64,000 nucleotides of DNA from the human T2T-CHM13v2.0 reference genome, Homo sapiens (GCF_009914755.1 NC_060929.1); one strand, 5' to 3'. Counted from the first letter of the stretch, positions 14,366 through 27,727 are shown. Notes: generated by a model from the letters alone, not told the origin. Translations and numbers: made by a program.

Positions 14366-16029
14366 AAATTACCTTTCCTGTCATTTTCTTCTTGTCCAAA
14401 TGAAGTTATTACAATGAATAATTTTAATACAACTCTCTTTCTCCAAAAATGTTCAGCGTTCTCATCCTGCTTAACCATCAGCTGGAAATAAAGCTTGGAG
14501 ATATTTCACGGTTGTAACCACAGTGGTGAAAAGGTGGGAGACTTTTAGGAAGACATCAAATGCCTTTTTATATTTCACACAACCTCCTGGGAGGTGGAGG
14601 CTAGGAGTCTCTGGCAAAACTAATTCATTATCTGTAAACCTGTTTTTTATGCCAACCTAGACCTCACAGAGGACCAGGACAGAATGCTATCTGAATTATG
14701 CTGTCTCTCTGGGGCACTGCTGTCTCTTCATCTTTGATGTTCTGTGCCACATGCTCATTTTTCTGGGCCATTTGCCCATGTACTTTGTTCTGGATAGGTT
14801 TGCTTTTTTAAATTTCACATGTAAACTTGAGAAGAAAGGAACTTGGGAGTTTTTCATGATTGGCAAAGCAATGAGCTCTGCAGCTATCCATGGAAGATTA
14901 TGGCGATGGATGAAACCAGCATTCTGGAGGTCATCTCCAGCAACAAAAAATGACTAGAACTTTCTTATCTCTGTTAAGAATTTTATTGATGATAACTTTT
15001 AGTAACTTGAGGAAACCTTAGCGTATTCGTCTTTACTATGGCATTTTTCACAAACATAGAAAGCTGCTAATGTTAATTTTAATGTAATTTTTAAGTTAGC
15101 ATACAAATTACATCCCTCTTGACTTACTGCCCATATAGCTGGAGTCATTCAAAAAGTCAGAAATATCAGCCTCTTTGCAGTGGTTTCCTTTAGCTTTTCA
15201 GGAATATAGATGTCGAACAATTAGTAAAATTCTCAAATGACAGACACTTTTTTTCCTCACTCTGAGTTATATGTGTTTGCTGATGTGAACAGATGGACTC
15301 GGTGATTGGGTGAGACTTCTTTAGCTCTGCCTTCTGGGTGTCACTCATTGTCATCACTCGTGGTTAGGGAAGGACTTCCCTTCACATTCTGTTATACTCT
15401 GATTCCCTGTAAAACCTAAAGATTATTTCTAAAAGTCATTGGTTCAACTCACCAGATTTCTCATTGGTTCTCAGAGGGTGTATTCACTTAGCCTATAAAC
15501 CCACCACTGCCATCTAATCATGCAATTTCTTCATCTCTAAATGTATTTGCTCACAATTCTCTGTATAACACAAAGTAAAGAAATAATGGAAAATAATATT
15601 CTGCTTCTAATGCTGCTGCCTGCTTAGATGTATTTCATTTCTTCTAAGACCCTATCATATTGGCTAGTAATTATTTCCTGACTCTTATTTTCTGCTTTAT
15701 TTTCTATTCAACCTCTCAACCTCTCCTTCATGAGCTGCTGGTAACTGAGTTTGATTCATTGCTCAACAAGAATTTTCATTGTTCCCAATCATCTTTGTAG
15801 ATGTGGTTACTTCAAAAGCGTGTGCTTAAAAATATGAAGTATATGATTATCGAGATGTGGAAAAATTCATAATACCTTATTTGTACCATTCTTAGTGAGA
15901 ACTGCAGCTAATATTCCTTGACTCCTTACCATGTCCCAATGCCCGGGCCATGTGTGTGCTCTGTTTGTGTATGCACATGAATGGGTACATGTGCATGTGT
16001 GTCTTCAAGTGCATGTGCATGAATGAGAT

Positions 16030-16190
16030 CTCATGTAATTCTTAAAACAGCTCTATGAATTTTGGGTATACTCACTATCTTCCTTTTACAGATGAGGATA
16101 CAAAAATTCAGAGTGATTAAGTAATTTCCCCAACATCACATACCTGGTAAGCAGCAGAACTCAAAATCACATTGGGTAGCTACCCAAGTC
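16030..16190 (-). mobile_element. MIR SINE
   Basis: TTTTACAGATGAGGATAC...AAGTAATTTCCCCAACATCACA core. Confidence 0.7.
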
Positions 16191-16274
16191 TTGCTTTTGA
16201 TGCCAGCATTGCTCCCTTACTGTACTTTTCTTTTTGACTTATGGCATAGTTATTTGAGGATGGGTTTTGCTCAC

Positions 16275-16791
16275 TGCAGCAGATTAAAGATGCTGTAAGT
16301 TCTTTGACATCTTCCCATCAAGAGTTGAGTTCTATTTCCCCTTTTCTATACTCTGGACTTGCCTGAGACTACTTTGATAATAGAGTGTAATATAAATAAT
16401 GGCGGGGCATTCTGAGCCTTGCCCTAAAAAGGACTGGCAGCTTCCACTTTGATCTCTAGGAACTCTGAGCCAGTGTGTAAGAAGTCCACATACCCTGGGG
16501 CTATTCTACAGAGAGGAAGCTTAAACCAGCCACTTGGAAAGGCGAAAGAGAGATAGAGAAGACGGTCCAGCCAGTCCCACCTGTTCCAGCCCTCAGTCGT
16601 TCTAACTCTCCAACTGTACAAGCCATTTTAGCTCAGGCCACAAACTTCATTGAGCAGAAGCTAGCTTATTCTTACTATGGATTGTCCTAATTCTTGACTA
16701 GTGGAATCATGAAATACAATGATAATAAATTGTTGTGTCAAGCCATTAAGCTTTTTAGTTGCTTGTTACTGAGGAGGAGATAACCAAAACA
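16275..16791 (+). mobile_element. MaLR LTR (MLT1G/H-like)
   Basis: TG start, ATTAAAGATG...CTTTGACA, GACTGGCAGCTTCCACTT, AATAAATTGTTG...AAGCCATTAAG, ends AGATAACCAAAACA. Confidence 0.75.
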
Positions 16792-18237
16792 TCCACGTTT
16801 GTGAATGATATATTCTTTGAAAACAGAGATGATGTCTCATTCATCTTTATATTTCTAGCATTTGTGTCACTGGAGGTCAATTAATTTTAGATGATTGAAT
16901 GAATAAATGGATGAGTGGAATTAAGCTATTGGGAAGACAAGCACACAAATCTCATGGAGCTTCTGTTCCAGAGGGAGGGAGGGGGAGACAGGTAATAAAG
17001 ACATAAATAAACATTCTCAGGAGGTGGTGAGTACTATGATTGGAAAATAAGGCAGTGTAAGAGGACATTTTTGCAGAGACTGGATGAGGGAATTGAGTGA
17101 GCCTTTTAGTACCTACAGGCCACATGGACTTTGACTTTCATGCTTAAAAACAAAGAATCTGGCTTCTATGTTCTCTATGTCCATATACCCCTGAGTTTTG
17201 TGATGGCTGCATCACATCTCAGGGTCTGAAAAGAGGTTGGTGCCAGGGCAGAAAGCGTGGGCAGAAAAAGCATTGGTTATGATATCACTCAACAAAAACC
17301 ACCCCTGGAATATGCTGCATTCTCTCTTCCAAATCCTTGCAAGTATAGTCCCCTCTGTGTGAAATGTTCTTTACAACTGCAAGCCCTTTCATCGTTTTCT
17401 TGTCAAGTTAAAATGTTCCATTCTCAGACAGATAAATTTCTTCCTCTACTGTGTTACAGATCTTTGTATTAATAGTACTTTTTTCAAATGCTTGCTCATC
17501 CTCTCTAATATAAAAGCTATTGTTATATAGCTTTCCCCCAGCTATTTGTGAAATAAATGAGAGTAAAGTATCTGTGTCTTCCCATCATCTCCACTATAGC
17601 TCTTAGTACAGTGTATTGCAGTAGAAGATGCTTGTTACATTCAAAACAAGAAACAGAGGGAAGAGATAAGGAAGGAAAGGGCCATGCCTCCTTAACTTTA
17701 TTCATGTAAGAAACACCTGGCACATAAAATATATTCGGTAAATAATGAATGAATGAATACATGAATGAATTAATTCGTAGGTAACTTGGTACTATTTTCA
17801 GTATTTTTGGTCATAGGTTCATTTTCTCTCCTATTAAATTCCTAAAGGCAAATATATTTTTTTCCAGTAGTTGAGTAGTCCTCATTGATGATCTGGGCAT
17901 CACACTTTTTGTAATGTACATAAGGAACCAAATTACCTGGTATTGTAAAAATTGGTCACCAGAGCATGTCCTCAAGTTCTGCACATTTAATTAAACTAAT
18001 GTCGTAATGGTAACCAGATTCTCACAGTGTGAAAGCTCCTTCTGGGAAGTAACTTAGGAATTTTTAGACGCTAATGTTCGTTCTCTCTCTTTCTCTCTAT
18101 CAGAACATAACCTATAACTATTTAAGTTCACCAACTGAAATATTAATGAGCTAAAAATGCTAATTTTTAATACTGAAATTGCCCAATTTATATCTAGAAA
18201 ACAATTTATGCAGTAAGATGCCTTAATGTGATACAGG

Positions 18238-18278
18238 CACACACACCCACCACCCCCCTCCACACACACACACATGTG

Positions 18279-18312
<34 letters not shown>
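18238..18312. repeat. Compound (CA)n/(CG)n microsatellite
   Basis: CACACA...CATGTGCGCGCGCACACA... Confidence 0.9.
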
Positions 18313-21300
18313 TTTTAACTATTTTGCTATAATCCAAATGAATAATTTGCAAAAATACATTTCCCCCATACATACCTGTGGACTCTTTAATGGTAGCTGA
18401 ACTTAAAACTTTCTTTCTCGTGTAAGTTTTTGGAAGGATATTGATTAATTAGGATGTAATGACATTAACTATGCCACTCTTGTTTCAGTAGCAATTTCAA
18501 TTAATAGTGTGAGATGTAGAATATGTAAAAAAGGAGTCAGATATATTGTCTTTGCATTAAAATGACAATGGATTCTGTTTATATCATTCCATTATGTCAG
18601 ACAGTACTGAATGGTTTAGATGTATTAATAGACACCCCAAATGTTACCTCTCCCTTTTAAATATCATAACTGGCAGAAGTACAAATGTTAGTGAAGGTAC
18701 AAAACTATTTCCTGATTGAATGGGAGAAAATGACCTTGAATGAGTCGACACAGTTAAGGAAATTAATTATTCTAATTCACTACATTTGAAGAATTAAGTC
18801 AGAGACTTTAAACTGGGACATTAGAATGAATGACCATATCATTTGCTATATAAATATCAGGAATAGAAAGCTTGTTTGTTATTTGCTGTTTGTTTAATTG
18901 GTTGGTTCCTGGCTGTAAAGGGAACATTGGGCTCATCCTAATTGATTAAGTACCTTGTTTCTCCATATTCTTTAATTTTGGATTCAAGGCTTGTATGTAA
19001 TCTGTTTGATGGTTTTATTTGCTTTTTTCTGTAATGCAACTTTGCTGACTAGGAATTGGTTTACTCTTTCATGTCTGACGGCTCTAATAAATTGAGGAGC
19101 TTAGGCAGACAGCTCTTTTATCCAAGGGCCCTTACTGGGCTGGTGATACTGCTGAAACCTGCCTAGCCTCAAAAAATGCTCAGAGAGGGATAAGAGTCCT
19201 GTAGGGAGGAAGAAACAGGGGAATTTTTTTGCAGTGACCTCAAAATAGAGACAGAGAGACAGAGACAGAGAGAGAGAGAGAGAGGACAAATCACTCACAT
19301 GGAAGTCTGTCAAAATGAGAATGAGAGTAGGCTGGTTCTGCTTTGGCTGATGAAAGGATGGTGAATTGAAAAAATGATCAAAAGTGACATTGTGGGCCAA
19401 CTAAGAAATATCAAAGGAGACCGTACTGCCGATCAGTCATGGAATTCACCATCTGCTAGGGAGCAGCTGCACAAACATTTGCTGAGTGATTATATAGAAA
19501 CTGTAGTGGTTGGTGGGATAGATGCAGCCATAATGAACGCTCACTGGGTTCTGTCTGTCTCTTGCTTTGCTCCTTGTCTTTCCTTTTGCCTTTTCCCTTG
19601 CCCTTGACCTTCTCTTTCTTTTCACAAAGACAGAGCTATGTCAGGGACATTCTGGGAGATACAAAGATGCATGAGACATAATTCCTGCCTTCAGGGAAGT
19701 CTCAATCTGATGGAAGCGACAGAAGTAGAATGGGCAATGTTTACCTGTATTTTTTGTTTTGCTTGAAAACAGATTCTGATAAAATTGCAGGAAATCAATG
19801 GGGTTGGGGGAAGTCTAGTTACATTAATTAATGAGATGTGCATTTTATTACTGTCAAAGGGCATCCATTATATCTGATTTCCTCTATTTTGGGAGTGCCA
19901 GTTGATTAAAAGCTTTACTAATTATGTTCCAAGTGGATGGTATCTTTCTCTTTCTGAGAAATTTAATCTACATTCCTGTCTTTGCCTGTCTTAGTCACAC
20001 ATATCAACTTAGGATTCTGACTTACAAATCTGACATGAATATGGCGACATGCAGTGTGTTCTTCGGGATTCATCTTTAATATTTTCAAGATCCACATCAG
20101 TTGAAGGATCTGAGCTGATGAAAAGATGACTTTCAGCTTTCTGGAGGAACTCAAGAGGGACTGGGGAGTTTATTTTGTCCTTGGATGAAAGAGAAAGGGT
20201 TTTGTTGTGGGGATAAAGCGAAGGCACTTTCCATGGTGAGCTGACGTCTTGGTGTTTTTTTTGTTTTTGCTTTATTTTCTGGCTGCCTCGAGCAACTCAT
20301 CGTCAGAGGAGCCATCAGTGCCTTTGGTCTTTTATGTACAAAAACACACCAACCAGTGGAGGAATATGGTGTTTGTGATCAGTGCTTATGGGTAGTGGTG
20401 ACTTTTGATAGTTTTGGGTTTTTAGTGCTAGCAAGCTACCTGAGTGTCAGTGAAGAGTGGCCCCAGTGATACTGTGGCACAGACACAGTTCATAATAAAT
20501 GCTCTCTCTATGCCTGGAAGGCCCTTCTCCACTTTTTCCAAATACATACATCATCCTGGCCTCATGGACTTTCACCTGCCTAGAATCCATTCCTCCTCTT
20601 CCTGTACCACCATCTTGATATTTTGGAGAGCCTCTTTTCCCTCAAGCTGAATCTGTGGGAAACAGTGTAGTATAGTGTTGAACTGGATGGTGTCTAGAGC
20701 CAGAGTTCCTGGGTTTGAACCCAGTACACACACTCATCATCAGTATTGGATATACTCTGTTCTTTGTATTGATCTTTCTGTATCTGTCCTCAATTGACTG
20801 AGCTCCTTGGGAGCTCCTCTAGTTGTCATTTCCATATGGACAACTTCAGCTGCTAGCGCAGAGCCTGGAACATGATAGGAGCTCATAGGATTAAATGAAG
20901 GAACCCCTGTCGTGGATAATGACAGGACTTGCTGTGGAACACTGGCATGGCATTTTGCCTATTCCACCTGTATGTCCATCAACATTGATATAAAAAAAGT
21001 TTTCTTCTGAAGTTAGAGAACAATGTCTCCTTCCACCTAAAAAATAACCCTATCACTTTCCAAGGTGCCTTTTTCTTGTAATTTTTTTCAAATGTGCTAT
21101 GCATGGTGTCCAGATCATTGAATGAGTGGAGTGTTTAAAGTAGTTCAATCCTTTGGAAATTGTCAATAGACTTGAAACTTTGGTGATATTGCCTTATTAT
21201 CACTAATTTAATGGTTTTTTGGTGTGTGCAGATAAGGTCTTTTTGACAAATTGAAAACATGTGAACCCATATACTTCATGTATTTTGGCAGATGCATTTG

Positions 21301-21911
21301 TGATGAGGACTTCTTGAAGATAATAGCCTAACTTTTATAATTATTTCTCTATGGTAAATAATATTATTTTAAAGAAGAATTGTTTTCTTCCCCTATTAAG
21401 TGCTACATGTCAAAGAAGTAGGAGGATGGAACAAATTTGAATATGAATTTCTCCTGCAGTAGAAAAGTTAACATGTAGCTCACTGAAAACTGTCTTGGTC
21501 AAATAAATGAATATTGACTTTGGGGAAAAAAGAAAAGTGAAGGAGAAAGAAATGTAGAAAAAAGTATAATTCATTCTTTTAACGTGGCGGGTTATATGCT
21601 TTAGCGTGCATCTTTTTGTTGTTGTTTGTAGGCCTTGATGTATTGATGTCTTACATCATAGATGCTAAATCACCTCTCAGTGCATTTTTAAGTGCTTAAG
21701 GCAGAGTTGTTCAAGTAATAGAGAAAAAGTGCTAGCTCATGTGGTCTGAATCTTGATTTCCGGGTGACAATTTTCTTCTTACTCCTCCCATTTACATTTT
21801 TGTACGAATTGGGACATGCTCCTAATAATTCCTTCTTCTCTGACTTCAGTCACTATTTCCTTTTGCATTTCCATAGGCTAAATATCCAAGCTCTAAGACT
21901 GGAAGAGTTTT

Positions 21912-22013
21912 AGTTATAATATAATGGATAGAAACATCCATTATTATAATATAATGGATAAAAACATCCATTATTATAATATAATGGAGAGAAACATCCA
22001 TTATATTATAACT
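21912..22013. repeat. 30-bp x3 palindromic minisatellite
   Basis: Unit TTATAATATAATGGATAGAAACATCCATTA three times; array bounded by perfect 17-bp inverted arms. Confidence 0.93.
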
Positions 22014-22989
22014 GAGATAAAATATTATTACTGTTATTTAACAGTTGATTGTTAGCATGCATTGATCGATATTTAATAAATTAAAAATTCAGAGCCCACC
22101 CTTCTCATTTAGCTTCTTACAGAGGAAAATCATTTCAGGCTCTTTAGTCTTGGTACAACTGTGCTATAAGAAAGCAATTTCAGTAGAAAAAATGGATTTG
22201 GATCACAGTTTCTTGATGGGTTTTGTAGAATTTGTCAGTTAGAAAAAAAAAATGGCCTTACTGAAAATGTGTTTGCTTCTCTGCTTACACCTTCTAACTC
22301 AGTTCTGATGCTATTTGAACAATTGTTGACATGCCTCTTTACCTTTCAATAGTTAGGAGTAAAAACATTTATTCTCAATTTTGTTTTGCTCTTGCGCCTT
22401 TAAAAGTTGATTAAAAGTCGCCAGGTTGCTCAGAGTTCTAAGTGAATAGACATTGTCATTAGTTCTTTGATAATGTTCTCTGTGTTCTATAAACCAAGTA
22501 ATCAGGTTTCGCGTGTACTTGTGTCAACGTTCCCAGAGGGATTGCTAATGAAAACAAAAAGGCAATATATGTCATTATAGTAAACCATCGTTTTGCTTAA
22601 AATAATTTCAAAATGAGTATTTTAGCCCATGTACTACATTTCTGACCTTAGTTTCCCCAGGTTCTTCTCTGTCATTATTTCAGCTATTACAAGTCAGGGT
22701 GAATTAACCAAGGTTATGACTACACCAACATTTTAATTATCTGGCTTTGTTGATGGCTTGTTGAAATTGCTTTCATGTGGCAGATTGAAACACAGCAAAT
22801 TTATAGTAGGGATGGTTACCCAGCATTCAAAGCCTTCTTCATGTACACTTCTTTTCATAGGAAGAGTATTTTTTTAACATTTAGAAAATATACTCTATTT
22901 AACCTTATTTTTTAAAAAATCTTGCACAACAGAAACATTATTGTTTAGAGACCCTAGAGGTTTATGGCATTATAACATAGACTGTAAAT

Positions 22990-23188
22990 TAGGGTTTGTT
23001 AATCAAGGCACAACTTCAGTTGTCAGGGGCTGTTCTGTGCTTTTTAGGGTGGGTAGCAGCATCTCTGGTTTTTACTCACTAGATGCCAGAAGCACCTTTT
23101 TTTCCACCAGTTGTGACAACTAGAAATGTCTCCAGACTTTGCCAAATGTCCCCCAGGGGAAATTATTACTGGGGGTTGAGAACCACAG
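22990..23188 (+). mobile_element. MER20 (hAT-Charlie)
   Basis: GGGGCTGTTCTGTGC...CACTAGATGCCAG...GTTGTGACAACTAGAAATGTCTCCAGAC...GTTGAGAACCAC. Confidence 0.88.
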
Positions 23189-23877
23189 CTCTTAATTGTT
23201 ATTTCATATAGGTTTTATTATTTTGCCCCATTTATGTTACCCTTTGGCATGTTTCTATGACATAGGTAGTCAAATTTTAGCTAATTTTCCCCTAAGAAGC
23301 TTTTTTTCGTGGATGTAAAAATAAATTTTAATTTCTATGGAAAATTTGCCTCGTATCACAGCTTCCTATATCTGATTTAAATTCTCTTGATTACAGGTAG
23401 ATTATGCTGATTCAACTTGTTGGACCAAATGTTTCTGCTATTAAGAACAAAACAATAAATTATTTCTAGAAGGTAAAAATGTTTGTATTGGACATTTAAT
23501 AATATTTGAATTGAGACCCAGAATAAAACTCTTGTAGTGTGGAACTTCCAATATTGATGTACCCTTATCTCTTAATAGAAGTATTACATGTCATACAAAT
23601 CTCACCGTTTTAAATATAGTAATAATAGAAATTATTATAACAGTGGCAGATATTCACCAAGCATTGATTGTACCTGGTAATGTACCAAAGCTTCACTTAA
23701 GTCGAGACACTTAGTGCTTACAAGGGCCTCAAAGCAGGTACTACTGTCATTTTATAGAGAGAGAATAAAGAAGCTTTAAAAAAGTCCAACGGCCTACCCA
23801 AGTCAACTATTACTCAAGGTGGGTGCCATGACTTGAACCAAGGGTTTCTGATTCTTAAAGATGCCGCTTTCAACTCC

Positions 23878-24360
23878 TGTGGGATTCTTCCCACCACTTT
23901 CGGTTCTTCTCTGTTGCATCTCCTCAGGCTCACCTCTGTAGTGCACTCTGGACCGACCTTTAACTGCCAACATCTGAATCTCTGCCTGAGGGAATTTTTG
24001 GTGTTAGGGACTGCCCTGCCCACATTCAGAGCAGGTCAGAAGTTCCAGAAAATCAGCACCCCCCTCGGCAACTCTACTGACTGGTGGGAGTTTTTTAAAT
24101 ACCCCAACTCCTTCAACCCTAAGCTGAGATAACTCTGAAGCTGTTCTACACTGGATTGCAAGATTCTACACCAGCATTGAGCTCCTTTTGCCCATGATGA
24201 TAGAGAATTTGTTTGATAATATGCCCTTTGTTAACTGCCTTCCGTTTCCTGTTTCATTTACCTACCCCCTTCCAGTGTTTCCTGAATCGCTTCCCAAATA
24301 ATCTACTTGTAGTGGAATCCTTACCTCAAAGTCAGCTTCTGGAGGAATCCAAACTAAGCT
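23878..24360 (+). mobile_element. ERVL LTR (LTR16-like)
   Basis: TCTCTGCCTGAGGG, AAATACCCCAACTCC, ATAACTCTGAAG, CCCAAATAATCTACTTG...CTTCTGGAGGAATCCAAACTAAG. Confidence 0.75.
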
Positions 24361-24835
24361 GGTTATTTTTCCAAAATGTGCTTTGATGAAGAACTTGCTT
24401 GATATATCATTGATGTTGAACCCATACTAGAGTTCCACATTGATCGGCTAAAAACTTAAAATTTTATATTTTTATAGAGTGGTAGACCAACAGTTCACAT
24501 ATTTTCAGCTAATGTATTACAGTGTATTTCTCATGTTATAAAAATTTACCAGTTTACTACTTGGAGTGAATTTCCGGGTTGAGATTCAGAGAGGACAAAA
24601 ACAGGTGGAATCAACAGTCTTCTTGAGTTGAGGGGATGGAACTGGGAGTTCAGGGAGGTCAAGTCAGGAGAATTTGCAAAGTACAGGGCAGGAGAGAGCT
24701 GCACAGAGAGAGGATAATCCAGAGATTTTTAGCAGGTAAGTACATTAACACACTTGTAACTGTATTCCATATGTTAAGGAAACGATAGGAAAAATTGATT
24801 ATACTAAGAAATGGAAAAGATCTTATATATATTTT

Positions 24836-25376
24836 CCCAAACTTGTACAGATGGATATTAAAATGTTGGAAATGAAAAATATAATGAATGAGATTAATGA
24901 CAGATTAAATGTTGCAGAAGAAACTTTTAATGAACTTGAAAAGGTAGCAATACAAACTATTCAAAATGAAACACAGACAATAGACTGAAGGAATTGAAAT
25001 AACACACACATACATACATATACATATATACGTACTCTGTATATACACGCACTATACATTCTAAAGCAACCACTAAAATAACACTACCATGAGTTATAGT
25101 TAATAAGCCAACACAAGAGATAAAATACAGTAATAAAAACATTGACCCAAAAAATGCAGAAAAAGAGAAAAAGAATAACAAAGAACAGACAGCACAAATG
25201 GCAAACAAATAGTAAGATGGCAGATTTAAACTCAGCCATGTTAGTAATCACATTAAATGTAAACTGCCTAAAATCTCTAAAGACATAGACTGTCAGTTTG
25301 GATTATTAAAAGTAACCTCTAAGTACATGCTGCCTATTGAAAACCATTTTAAATATACAGACACCGAAAGGACAAC
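24836..25376 (+). repeat. Arm 1 of ~540-bp inverted repeat (partner 26609-27142)
   Basis: Reverse complement of partner, including a perfect run of at least 66 nt (TGCAGAAAAAGAG...AGTAAGATGG). Confidence 0.95.
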
Positions 25377-25799
25377 TGTTTTGAAAGACACTGTTAAGAA
25401 AGTGTGAAAGCAAGCCTCAGAGTGGGAAAAAAATTTTAAATCACAGATCCGATAAAGGATCTGTTTATAGAATATATAAAAATTTCTTAAATTTTAATAA
25501 GAAAACAAAACACTTGGAATTTAAAAAATGGGCAAAAGATTTGGACAAACACTTCACCAAAAATATATATGGAAAGCAAATAAGGACGTAAAAGCATGAT
25601 TAATTTAGTTCTTAGAGAAATGCAAAGGAAAACTACAATGAGATACCATTACACATCTATTAGAGGGGCTAAAGTTAAAAAGAAGAACCATAACAATTAT
25701 CGGAAAGGATGTGGAGCAACATGACTCTCATACATTGTTGGTGAGAAGATAGTGCAACCACTTCGAAAACAGCTTGGCCATTGTAAAAGAAGTTAAACA

Positions 25800-26102
25800 G
25801 GCCAGGTGCAGTGGCTCACGCCTGTAATCCCAGTACTTTGGGAGACAGAGGCGGGTGGATTACTTGGGGTCCGGAGTTTGAGACAATCCTGGCCAGCATG
25901 GTGAAACCCCATCTCTACGAAAAATACAAAAAAAATTAGCCAGGCATCATGGGGCATGCCTGTAATCCCAGCTACTTGGAAGGCTGAGGCAGGAGAATTG
26001 CTTGATCCCGGGAAGCAGAGATTGCAGTGAGCCCAGATGGTGCCACTGCACTATGGCCTGGGCGACAGCGCAAGACTCCATCTCATAAATAAATAAATAA
26101 AT
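25800..26102 (+). mobile_element. Alu (AluSx-like)
   Basis: Full dimer, (TAAA)n tail, TSD GAAGTTAAACA. Confidence 0.95.
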
Positions 26103-26608
26103 GAAGTTAAACATATATCTGCCATGTAACTCAGTCATTCAACTCCTGTTTACCAAAAGGAGATCAAAATATTTGTCAATATAAAGAGTTCTGTAGCAGC
26201 TTACTTTGCTATGGACAAAATTGGAAGCAACTCAAATTCCCATTAGCAGATGAATGGATAAACAGTGTGATCTATCCATGAAATGAAATACTAAGCAGCA
26301 ATGAAAGGAGTATACTACTGATGTACAGAACAACAAAGATGAATCTCTAAACAATTGTGCTGAATGAAAGGAGCCAGACAAAATAAAAAGTATATATTTG
26401 ATGATTTCATTTATTAAAAAATAATTCTAGAAACTGCAATTAATAGTACCTGAACACAAGCCACTAGGTCACTGGGAAGTGGGGGTGGGGATGGGTGTAA
26501 GGGTAAGAAGGCAGGAAGGATAGATTATAAAGGGGCACAATTAGGGGCACAAAATAGATTATAAAGGGACTTCTTAAAGTCTAATTTATCTTTCTCTTTC
26601 TTTTTTTG

Positions 26609-27142
26609 GTTGTCCTTTTAGTGTCTATATATTTAAATTTGTTTTCAATGGGCAGCATGTACTTAGATGTTACTTTTAATAATCCAAATGGACAGTCTGT
26701 ATCTTTAGAGTTTTTAGACAGCTTACATTTAATGTGACTACTAACATGGCTGAGTTTAAATCTACCATCTTACTATTTGTTTGCCATTTGTGCTGTCTGT
26801 TCTTTGTTATTCTTTTTCTCTTTTTCTGCATTTTTTTGGTTGAATGCTTTTTATTCTATTTTATCTCTTGTGTAGGCTTATTAACTATAACTCGTGGTAG
26901 TGATGTTTTAGTGGTTGCTTTAGAATGTATAGCGCGTGTATATACAGTGTAAGTATATATGTATATGTAAGCTATTTCAATTACTTCAGTCTATTGTCTG
27001 TGTTTCATTTTGAATAGTTTGTGTTGCTACCTTTTCAAGTTCATTAATAGTTTATTCTACAACATTTAATCTTACATTAATCTCATGCATTATATTTTTT
27101 ATTTTCAACATTTTGATATCCATCTCTACAAGCTTGTTTGGG
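26609..27142 (-). repeat. Arm 2 of ~540-bp inverted repeat, inserted in L1 3' UTR
   Basis: Reverse complement of 24836-25376; ORF track gives the same peptide (YFISCVGLLTIT..VVALECI.RVYT) on opposite strands. Confidence 0.95.
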
Positions 27143-27591
27143 TATGGTGGATAGATTCATGATGTTAATGGTGGTGATGGTTTCATGTATACATACATAT
27201 ATCAAGACCTATCAAATTGTACTGATTAAGCATCTGAAGTTATGTCAATTATCACTCAGAAAACTTGTTTTAAATAACATAATTTTGAAGGAATCTGTGC
27301 AGAAGCCCTCTAAATTTATATCATCTTTTGTAGTTGTCATATTCACATCAAATTCAAGGATATTGGCTTTATAAACTCATCTTTATTGAGTCTTTACAAA
27401 ATATCCAACTTAGTTTTCAGCAAATCAACTTTTTTTCACTGTCAAAATACATTGTTTAATGTAATATAATTAAGTTATCTAATTAAGAAAGCAAATGAAA
27501 GTGGTGTATGGTGTTTTTGGAACAAACACAATCAATGTGTGATAAAAATCCCAGCTTCTCATTGGAGGAGAAGTTCTGGGTCGATTAGAAC

Positions 27592-27727
27592 CTGATTCAA
27601 GGTGTCATCTGCAGGCCAGCAGCATCAGTATCACCTGGGAGCTTCTTAGAATCTCTGACCCTGCTACGGATTAACTGAATCAGGTTCCCTAGGTGAGTCC
27701 TATGCACATTAAAGTTTGAGAAATGTT
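27592..27727 (+). mobile_element. MER5A (hAT-Charlie)
   Basis: CCAGCAGCATCAGTATCACCTGGGAGCTT...ACTGAATCAG...ATGCACATTAAAGTTTGAGAA. Confidence 0.8.

Larger units (their letters stand above)
24575..27272 (+). mobile_element. Rearranged old L1 (L1MC-like): ORF1/ORF2 pieces and 3' UTR, carrying an Alu and an inverted self-copy
   Basis: ORF2 motifs GGGCAAAAGATTTGGACAAACACTTCACCAA and AACTACAATGAGATACCATTACACA; 3' end GGTGGTGATGGTTTCATG...TATGTCAATTAT. Confidence 0.8.

Noticed and set aside
21912-22013. Palindromic 30-bp repeats as a CRISPR array
   Set aside because: Units are head-to-tail with no unique spacers; no cas genes; primate DNA
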